A DNA stretch of 64,000 nt from Geosiphon pyriformis uo1 (Eukaryota > Fungi > Glomeromycota): contig JAAOMT010000617.1 in the NCBI GenBank assembly GCA_016748015.1, positions 62,001 to 126,000 on the forward strand, given 5' to 3'. Numbering within the stretch: position 1 is the stretch's first letter; each line of letters starts with the position of its first letter. Below are positions 51,501-61,073 of this stretch, in pieces. Below the pieces are notes generated by a model that did no database searches, was not told where the DNA came from, and saw only the letters and a list, made by a program, of their open reading frames with translations. The translations under genes and the position numbers were made by a program.

Positions 51501-54094
51501 TTTAAATGAATGAAGCTGAATATATTGAGTATACATTGGAACTAGCTGAATTTGACTATGAAAATGAAGTCAAAGAATATTACCAAATTGCAAGTCACTC
51601 ATACTCGACCCAAGAAGCTTAAATTCAATGATTAGAGCAAATGAACATTAAATTATGTGAAGAATACATAATGCCTTGCAATGAGCAATGGTGTCTTGAA
51701 TGCTATATCCTTAGCATTTTTTTGTCCAGTGAAAATAAAGAAAACAAAATTGAATTTAAAAAACCTGAACCAGAAGCAGAGATTCAAACAACACCCATTT
51801 ATCTTATCGAAAACCAGTCTGCTCTACAACTTAAATACTTTAACAACAATGGACAAGGAATAAAGCCTAAAAAAGCACATAAAATTGATGCTGGATATGA
51901 CCTACGATATTCAGGAAAAAACACTTTGGTTCTTCAAACAAACTCTCTTACCAAAATCAATCTTAAAATTGCACTCGAAATTCTATCAGGAGCAATAGTC
52001 CAAATCGCTTCATGATCATCATTGGCGAGCAAAGGAATTAATGTTAAAGGAGGAATCATAGATGTGGGATATACAGGAGACATTACAATTATATTACAAA
52101 ATGAAATCAATAAACCTTTTCAGATTGAACATGCCAAAAAAATTGCTCAAGCTATTTATTTACCCTTAATCAACATTTTGGGTTTATAATTAGTTAGTCA
52201 AAGAGAACAATTGGGAAAAAGTAAAAGAAGAACCAAAGGTTTTGGTTCAACTAGATGATTTACAGTTCCAGTAAACACAGCTCTTAACAAACAAAATGAA
52301 TCTCACCAGATTCTATGACTTCCACAACTAATTACTATTTTACTCTTTGGAGAACATCCAGAAATCTACACCTGTCCAAAACCAATAACCACACAACAAA
52401 TTTTTGAGTCCAATGAACAAATCTGCTTGGAACATAATATCTCAATCCCAAATATTTACATTTCAAAAGAAACAAAAAAAGTCCGAGTTACTTTTTACAA
52501 TCCCAACAGTTACTCCATAGTTTTATTAAATAACATAGAAATTGGAGTTATTTACAGTAACATCTTTCAACAAAAATTACTCCAGACAGTTCTCAATTTC
52601 TTAGAAATTATTGAACATTCACTACCAAAAATCAACCCAAATCCCAGTTCTGAAAACTACCATGTTGTTATAAAAAAACTATCTCGAATCAACATAGGAC
52701 AACTTGAACCACAACAACAAAACCAGCTCAAAGAGCTAATTGCAGAATTTGCCAATATCTTTGCCGAAAACAACAATGACTTAGAAAGAACCGATTTGGT
52801 TCAACACCAAATCTATACAGGAGATGCCAAACCAAGACAACAACAAGCTTACTAAGTTGCTCCAGAAAGTCACCAATTTATCCGAAAAAAAGTACAACAG
52901 ATGCTTAACAATGAGCTTATTCAATCATCAATAAGTCCATGGGCCTCATCTATAGTCCTAGTTAAAAAAAATGGAAAGATACGATTTTGTGTTGATTATT
53001 GACAACTCAATAGCATCACCATTGGAGATGCCTATCCTCTTCCCCAAATTGATGACATGTTAGATGCCCTTGGAAAATCCAAATACTTTTCAACACTAGA
53101 TTTAGAAAGCAAATACTGGCAAGTCACCATGGACCCCAAAGATTGCCCCAAGACAGCTTTTACTACTCAAGGAAGAAATTACGAGTTTAATGTAATGCTC
53201 TTTGGACTGTGCAATGCACCAGCAACATTCCAAAGACTCATGGATGTTGTTTACAAAGGCCTCCTTTGGAAGTCCATAGTTGTCTATCTTGATAATACTG
53301 ATGTTTATTTATCATCTTTTGAATTACACTTAAAACACTTGCAAGAAGTTTTTCAACAATTATGGAAAGCAGAATTAAAACTGAACATTGAAAAATGCTA
53401 CTTCGGAAAAACAAGTTTGGCCTTTCTTGGTCACATTATTAGTAAAGATGAAATCAAACCTAATCCAGAAAAAATAAGCACTGTCAAAAATTTCAAAACT
53501 TCTCAAAATATCACAGAACTAAGAGGATTCATCAGATTAGCATTCTACTATTGAAAGTTTATCAAAAGATTCTCGAAAATTGCAAAACCCCTCAACCAGC
53601 TCACCACCAAAAACATTGAATACAAATGGACTACTGAATACCAAAAAGCTTTTGAAATTCTCAAGGAAAAGCTGACAACAGCTCCAATTCTTACCTACCC
53701 AGACTTCAGTAACCAATTTCGACTAGCCACAGATGTTTTTTACACTGCTTTTGGTGCCATTTTGTCACAATTAGATGACCAGAGAAATAAGTGAGTAATT
53801 GCTTATGCCAGCAGAACATTAAAACCAGCCAAAAAGAATTATCCTGCCATTGAATTGGAAACAGCAGCTGTAATTTGGGCCCTACATTATTTCAACCTTT
53901 ATCTCTGGCCAAAAAAATTCGATATTATCACTGATAATATTGGACTCAAATGGCTTTAGAACAAAAATACTCAGCTGAATGCCAAACAAACCTGATGGAC
54001 AGGATTTTTAGCCAACTACTAATACATTGTACACCATAAACCAGGAAAACTCCACACCAATGTTGATTGTTTCTCAAGAATAAGACAAGATTAG
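48521..54094 (+). pseudogene. gag-pol: C gag-pol (N-terminal domain, CA, CCHC, PR, Cys-rich, dUTPase, pseudo-dUTPase, RT, RNaseH)
   Basis: PQEWLDKV, CHYCGIPGHWKRNC, LILNSGS, YLDNT, ATDV; ends ...SRIRQD TAG. Confidence 0.92.
51860..52255 (+). pseudogene. dut: dUTPase domain in C pol
   Basis: DAGYDLRY, AS*SS (RSS), GGIIDVGYTG, KIAQ, GFGST. Confidence 0.92.
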
Positions 54095-54143
54095 AACACA
54101 AAAACAACACCCATTTGAAATAACAGCAACAAAATGACAAACA

Positions 54144-55527
54144 ATAAACCCCGAAAACTATAACAATCTTAAACAATATTTGGAGACATTAACAATACCA
54201 ACAGATTGGTTTCCAAATGAAAAACATTAGTTACAACAACAAGCCAAACAATATTTCCTACACAATAACATCATTTATTATTGAAACTTCAGAAATCTAA
54301 ACAAACCACTTCAATTAATACAAGAACATGAAAAGGAAACTATCTTATACAACATGCACTCAGACCCTTTGTCAGCACATTTAGGAAAAGATAATACCAC
54401 CCAAAGAACATTAGAACACTACTTTTGGCTCCAAATGAGAAAAGACATACATCAATATGTCGAATTTTGTGATAGTTGTCAAAGAAGAGGAGGAACACGC
54501 CCTACAAAACCTTTAAATTCAATCAAAGTTGGACAGCCTTTTGACCAAATTAGTATTGATTTAGTCGGACCACTACCTATCACAAACCAAGAAAACTGTT
54601 ATATTGCAGTAGCTATAGATTATCTTACCAAATGGTCCAAAGCCAGAGCCATTCAACAAGCAGATATGAAATCAATAGCAAACTTCATCTATGAAAACAT
54701 TATTTGTAGACATGGATGTCCAATTGAACTTTTATCTAACCAAGGAACACATTTTGTGAACAATCTAATTCAAGAAATTTGTGAACAATTCAATGTCAAA
54801 AGACCTTTGTTTTTACCCTACCATCCACAAACAAATAGACTTGTAGAACATTTTAATAGAACATTGTGTGAATCATTAGCCAAAGTCTACCAATTTTGAG
54901 TAAGAATGGGATATCTTTATTCTATTAGTGTTACTAGCATATAGAATACTAAAACAAAACACCACAAAACACACACCATTTGACTTAACCTATAGAAGAA
55001 CAGCAATGTTATCAATTAATATTACTGTAAAATCATACTCAGTGCAGCCAATTAATGAAGAAAACTTTCAGGAAACACTTCAATGAAGAGCCTACATTCT
55101 TCTCAGCACATTGGAAGAAAAATGATAAATAGCAGCCACTCATATTAAACACTCTCAAGCTCAACAAAAAGAATGGCATGATAACAAATTGCCACCAGTC
55201 ACCAATGAATTTAAAATTGGAAACAAAGTTCTCTTACACAGAACTAAAGCCGAAAAACAATGGAATAAAAAATTTGAACATAAATGGGATGAACCATTCT
55301 TTATCTATGAAATACTAGGCAATGAATCATACAAGTTAAGACTTGATGACAAAATTCTAGCAAAAGTTGCACATAGAGATTATTTAAAACACTATCATTT
55401 CAGAAACAATCCTGAACCATTAATTCCACAAATTGGTACACATTTCTCTTTAATTAAGCCCAAAGATATTCCCCGAAATTTAGAACCAATAGTTGTTATT
55501 AAACAACCTCCCAACTTAAACACTTAA
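54144..55527 (+). pseudogene. C integrase (separate ORF)
   Basis: MHSDPLSAHLG, CDSCQ, IDLVGP, LVEHFN, DEPFFI. Confidence 0.9.
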
Positions 55528-55674
55528 TTAAATTTTACTATAGTTATTCTCTTATAATTTAAAAATAATTTCACAAAAACAAAACAAAACACACAGAAAG
55601 ACAAAAATAACATAAAAACCCACATACCAAAAATAATTCCAATTTATTTTTTTCTTTTCACTCAAAGTTTTATA

Positions 55675-56382
55675 ATGACTATCCCTCAAAATATTCAACA
55701 ATTATCTCAAAAATTAATGCTAGCTTTAAAGACAATACCTGAATTATCTATCACTATTACAGGAAAACATATTAATTATATCTAAACAGAAATAGTTACC
55801 AATGTAGCCCCAAATTTACAAAATTATCACCCTTACAAAAAGAACACAAAAAGTTACTCTGGAATTCATCTACCAGAACTTTTGAAGCTTGCTTTAAGAG
55901 AAAACTTATTGCTTATCCTTATTAGTATTTCACTAAATACTACTGTTCAACAAAAACTTTGACTGTGTTTTAATAAAGAAAACAGCAAATACCCCTCAAT
56001 ATATAGATATTTTTACATTGGAAAAATGCTTCACAAATGAAAACTGGAGCTTACAACAGCAAATCTCACGAAAGAAGCTATTCAGAAACAACTCCACAAT
56101 GAATTCAAGACAACAGCTGGACCTACAAACAGCTACTATAAACTAAGAACTGCTCTTAAACTTTATAACCTATTTCATACCTGTGAAAATGTCCTACAAA
56201 ACCCAATTTTACAACCACTAAAGATCCAATACATTGGGAAACTTATAGAACTGAAATTTCAACAATTTTCAGACCAAATTTCTTCAGTAATTTTGGATTA
56301 CTATTTGAAATATGCAGACAGTACTTGGACTTTGATGGAGCTCAGTCTTGAGAAAGAAATTATATTACCAACTGAAACTTGA
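55675..56382 (+). pseudogene. C ORF3 (unknown), running through the PPT into the 3' LTR
   Basis: MTIPQNIQQLSQKL...YRYFYIGK...TALKLYNLF...IGKL...F; three internal stops consistent with C>T. Confidence 0.78.
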
Positions 56383-56544
56383 GATATTAATTAACATAAT
56401 ATTACTCTTATAATTTCTACCATTAAATTAGCATATATTATTGTTCAAATTATTACTTATTATTTAATCAATTAATAACCCGATTTGTACTATAGAAATT
56501 AGGATGATCAAATTACACAATACTCCGAACCATTTAATATTCAA

Positions 56545-56717
56545 GAGTTCACTGAAATTTGTAGAAATTCACCGAAATAATTGATAGTTCACCAAAATAT
56601 TTAATAGTTCACAGAAATAACTTGTAGTTCGCCGAAATGTAGTTTTAGTTCAGCAAAATTGTAGAAAAGAACAAAGTTCAAGTTCATAGAATAGTGTTAT
56701 GACAAGTTGTATAAAAG
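56545..56717 (+). promoter_or_regulatory. Family-C U3 array of GTTCACCGAAAT-like units plus TATAAAAG
   Basis: About seven TTCnnnGAA-type units; TATA box at 56710. Confidence 0.7.
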
Positions 56718-58819
56718 AAGAGCTTCTCTCTTTGAGAAAATGTATCTTACTTTTGGATTCAATAATTAGAATCATTTCTATACACACAAAAACAAAATAA
56801 ATATCAAATAAATTTGAAAAAATCAAATTTGTAATTATTTCTCTTGAAATTAACCAATTTCTACCAACAGTTTGAAATTGACTAGCTACTAATTTCAGTA
56901 AACTGTTAAAGCACTTCCAGGCCTGGATTCAAAACAACTTCCATAAAATCATTTTACTTTTTTTTTACATTTCTTTTATTTTTATTTTCCTTTTTCTTAT
57001 TATTATTAGAGTAGCCTACAGATGAGAATTTTTATAAAAGAGTTGACTTTTACAGTAAAGTAACTACACATTTTAGTGAGCTTCCAGATGAGCAATTTCT
57101 GGGAAAAAATTGACATTTACTACAATGTAACTACACAAGTAACTGGCACGGAATTGGCCATTCCACTTATAAGCCCAGCAATTCAAATTATAGGAGATAA
57201 TTTGAAGATAAATTCAGTTACTGAAGGTTTAACCACATCCAGAAAATGTGAATTCACAACAAACAAGCATCTAGTAACAACTCACATTGCTAAGCAATAT
57301 GTCATAATTTTTGATAATGCTCCACATTGCTAAGCAATAGGCCATAATTTTCTAACAATGCTTTATATTGCTAGACAATATGCTTACATACTAAATACTA
57401 TTTTCTTATTAGTCTATTTTTTATCTGTTTTCTTTATTTTTTTTTTGTACTCTTTTTTTATGAGTAATATTGTCTAATTATTGATAGATTCGAAATTTGG
57501 TTGGAGCAACAGTGATTGAAATTCTGATGAAGTTGTTGGTTGTAATTTAAATCTTTTAAAGAAATCATCATAGGTTCTTAATAATTTAGTTTTTTTTTGG
57601 TTATTTTGGAATAGTACTTGTAATAATAATGTCTTTATAATTAATGTTAATATAGATTCAGATGGTATATATATAACACTTTCTAGTATATAATAGTAAG
57701 ATAAGTGTATGAATAAAATAACTCTTGGTTTTTTCTAAATAGATAGTTGTATTTTTTTTGGTGTTTTTGTTAGAGTTTATAACTTTTCTTTATCTTTGTC
57801 TGCAAAGATAATAAAAAATTTCTGCTAAATGTAATTTTCAATTTCTCAATTTATCTTTGTAATTAGTAGAGTAAACAAATAATTTTGTAAAAGCATAGTA
57901 TTTTGGAGTAATTTACTGTAAAAAATTTGAATGTGGCTTTTGTATCTTTTTGGTTTTTCAAATAAAATTATTTTTTTTGTTAACATAAAAATTAAAAGCT
58001 GATTCTGCTGGTCAATAGTTATTTATCAGTCCAAAGTAAGTTTAATAGTAGTAAAATAAAGTTTTTGTAAATTTTAAGTAGTTTGTTCCTATTATTTTTA
58101 ATTCTGTTACTGTTCTGAATAATTGCTGTTGGTACTGGTTTTTTGTTAAATTACACTTTATAGGGAGCACTAAATATTATAGTTGATTATTTGGAGTGTT
58201 AAAACAAATAACAAATTTGTAACTTGGTGTTTAATAGTTGTTGATAATAATAGTTTCTAAAGATATTGAAATCTGAAAGTTTTGTTAAGTTTTTTATATT
58301 GTTACAGATTGGAGTAACAAGCTAATGGATAGCAAGAGAGAACAGTATTGTATGGTCATAGAAATAAACAAAGAAGGAATTACAATAAAGGAGCGAATTG
58401 AATAAGTAGGAATTCAATGTGCGTGATCAGTCTCATAAAAATCACAGTCGCTAATCTTTTCTTAAATCTGAAGGTAGAGGAATAGTCCATAATTGTCAAC
58501 AAAATAACACTGCTGCTATTATTCTATGCCTCAACTTGGCGATTCTTAGAATCAATAACAGATATCGTTGTACTTTTTAATCGTTTCTTTATTCAATGAA
58601 TTACAAGAGCAAGCCAATTGCTTCTCAGGCTAATTCTAACAAATACAAATCAAAAAAGAGAAAAGATAAGGTATGTGAATGCCAAAAAGTAGATACTTAA
58701 AGGTAAGAAAAGGGGAATAAGTGATTATAAGAGGAAGTAATTGATATTGTTTTATTTTGTTACTTTGATCATGTCTTTCTACAGTTAAGAGAATCATCGC
58801 TTATATAGCTATTTAAAGT

Positions 58820-58939
58820 GGTCAATGATCAGGTCAATGATCAAGTCAATGATTAGGTCAATGATCAGGTCATTGATTAGGTCAATGATTAGGTCAATGA
58901 TCAGGTCAACAGTCAAGTCATTGATCAGGTCAATGATTA
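58820..58939. repeat. 10 x 12-bp tandem repeat (GGTCAATGATCA) in B2 U3
   Basis: Read directly. About 5 decayed units in the B1 5' LTR (13866-13925); largely deleted in the B1 3' LTR. Confidence 0.92.
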
Positions 58940-58995
58940 CTATCTAAAAATAGGGTGGCTAATTATATGACATCAGTGGCTAATACATGTGATAA

Positions 58996-59652
58996 TTAAT
59001 AAAAACTATGTGTTTCAACTGTAACATCATCCTCTCCAAAGAGATTGAGCTCCGGTGAAATCAAACTATTTATGAGATAGTCTATGTAAAGAGTTTTGTC
59101 TAACTCAAAACTAACTAGTTTGTTGAAGTCTTTTGTGGATAGAGTATATAGTACTTGAGGCGAAATAAGCTTTGTATCCAAGAGACCAAATCTTTGTATA
59201 AGAGTTCTGGCTCTTCTAACAATAGTCAAAACTCTTGGGACATCCAATTGTATAATGCCCAAAATTTCCACTTGTATCTCTGAAGTTGTTTTCTTCATGA
59301 GCTTCATGTCTTTTATGATTTCACCAAGACAACCATAGAGTTTTAATTGTCTTCCATATGACAAGTTTTTGTCTATGGGCAAGATTTCTTGTATTGTTTT
59401 TCCAATTGTGCTAGAAGGTGAAAGTATTGCTGCTGTTATGTTTTCCAGCAGGTATTTATCCATTTTGCCACCAATTCTTTCTTTTCTGGTAGTTGTTTTT
59501 TTTGGTCTAATAACAGTGTGAATTCCACTGTTGTCTGTTATAGTGGTTTGTTTTCTAATAGTCAGAGTAGCATTTGGATAGTTCTTGATCCAGTACTCAT
59601 GGAAAGTATAGAAAGCGTTTTGAATGTTTTGATCCAGGAAATAATTGTTCAT
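58996..59652 (-). CDS. B2 ORF3, intact 218-aa protein of unknown function overlapping the PPT and LTR start
   Basis: Open from ATG 59652 (MNNYFLDQNIQ...), start conserved in B1, preceded by a TATA box. Confidence 0.8.
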   Translation of the reverse strand: MNNYFLDQNIQNAFYTFHEYWIKNYPNATLTIRKQTTITDNSGIHTVIRPKKTTTRKERIGGKMDKYLLENITAAILSPSSTIGKTIQEILPIDKNLSYGRQLKLYGCLGEIIKDMKLMKKTTSEIQVEILGIIQLDVPRVLTIVRRARTLIQRFGLLDTKLISPQVLYTLSTKDFNKLVSFELDKTLYIDYLINSLISPELNLFGEDDVTVETHSFY

Positions 59653-59693
59653 GTCAATTGAAGATACCTCTGTTTTGGGAATGGTGCATTTAT

Positions 59694-61007
59694 TTATATA
59701 TAATTTTTGCTGATCATTTGGATTGGTATTACCACAACAGGTAACCAATCAGGTCATTTGTGATATTTCTTGAGTCGCGTGCCATAAACAGGGCGATCAC
59801 TGAATATTGTTCCATATTGATCTTGTAAGATATAAGAACCATTGTTCAAAACTTTGTTGACTAAAAAGGGTCCTTTCTACTGGCTAGAGAATTTATCACT
59901 ATAAACATTGTCTCTGTTTGAACGGTATTCCAAAACTAAGTCACCAACACTTAAGGAAAGTGTTTTATAGGTCTTTTTTTTTTTGAGCTTTTCTTGGAAC
60001 TGTTTTATCTTTTCAAAGGCAATTATCCGTGCTTCTACTAATAAGTCAAGAATGGTACCAAGTCTTCTTTGCAAAATGTCTTTGTAATCTCTTATTGTTA
60101 TTTCTTCAAAAGGTATTGTTTCTATATCCGTTTCTATTGGTAGAGTTGTCATTTGTCCATAGAGCAGATAAAAAGGTTCATAACTTGTTATGTCATGATT
60201 CACAGTTCTGTAAGCAAACAAAGCTGAAGGCAATACTTTGTCCCATAGGTTGGTTTCTTCACTGGTTTTGGCTAGGGTTTCACATAGTGTTCTATTGAAA
60301 CGTTCTACTAGGCCATTTGTTTGGGGGTGATAAGGAGAAGAGAGTTTATAATGTATTCCCATTTTTCTGCAAAGTTCTTCAACCAGTATACTGAGAAAAG
60401 CTCTTCCTCTATCAGATAAAAGTTCTTTGGGGCAGCCGTGGCGACAGATAATATCTTCATAAATGAAATTGGCAATTGAGACTGCTGTTTGATCTGGGGT
60501 GGCTCTTGCTTCTATCCACTTTGTAAGATAGTTGGTAGCTGTGATAATGTATCTGTTGCCATCAGGAGTTACTGTTAAAGATCCAACAACATCTATACCA
60601 ATTCTATCAAATGGTTGACCAACAGAGATTGGATGAATATCTTCCTTGTGATTGGGTTTTCTTCTTCTTTGGCAGATATCACAGGTTTTGATGTATTCAG
60701 CAATGTCTTTTCCCAAGGTAGGCCAATAATAGCGAGCTAAAGTTTTCTGAATTGTTTTTGTTTTTCCAAAGTGTCCAGCTAATGGATCAGTATGCATATT
60801 GTAGATCACAATTTCTCTTTCTTCAAATCTAATGACTCTCTGGGGGCGGTCAGGATCTTTTCTATTTCTTTTATATAACTGGTTCTGGCAAATCAAATAG
60901 AAATTTGATTGTTTGCACAAATGTTCTCTTTGCTGTTGAGTATAGTCTGGCAGGTATTGTTCTTTACCCAAAAATTTCATTAAAGCAGAATAGTTGTCCA
61001 AGTCTAT
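59694..61007 (-). pseudogene. B2 integrase (H2C2, DDE, GPF/Y; two late stops)
   Basis: MHTDPLAGHFG, CDICQ, IGIDVVG, LSDRG, GLVERFN. Confidence 0.93.
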
Positions 61008-61073
61008 TATCGTGTTTGTTTGTGGAGGAAGTTACAAATAATTAAGTTGGTTTGGTTTAAGAGGGTTTTACTA

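Larger units (their letters stand above)
47950..57279 (+). mobile_element. C: family-C LTR retrotransposon (5' LTR missing U3, about 47950-48474; 3' LTR 56363-57279)
   Basis: Direct repeat 47950-48430 vs 56779-57265, PBS tggtgctctctc at 48477, PPT before 56363. Confidence 0.9.
47316..57469 (-). mobile_element. G: family-A solo LTR (D-type U3), split by C into 47316-47955 and 57280-57469
   Basis: TSD CTGT/TTGT in H0 gag; R/U5 on the left, TTGCTAAGCAA array on the right. Confidence 0.8.
638..58299 (-). mobile_element. H0: oldest, heavily eroded family-A Ty3/Gypsy element hosting the nested insertions; surviving pieces 638-1374, 33917-34425, 44514-44534, 45355-47315, 57470-58299
   Basis: The pieces join collinearly across each TSD: dUTPase N-terminus and acidic linker, Cys-rich domain, protease, capsid, N-terminal domain, PBS (58156-58172), 5' LTR from 58175. 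Confidence 0.8.

Noticed and set aside
55189-55527. Chromodomain at the integrase C-terminus
   Set aside because: All integrases end shortly after the GPF/Y module with no chromodomain motif.
56545-56692. TTCnnnGAA and AGGTCA units as STAT or nuclear-receptor sites
   Set aside because: These are short motif resemblances only; nothing shows such factors exist in this host.
58820-58939. U3 tandem arrays as CRISPR arrays or host satellites
   Set aside because: No unique spacers or cas genes; each array lies inside an LTR next to the TATA box.
58996-59748. ORF3 as env, and the longer TTG start given by the ORF track
   Set aside because: No signal peptide or transmembrane helix. The upstream extension overlaps the integrase tail and TATA box; ATG 59652 is the start shared with B1.
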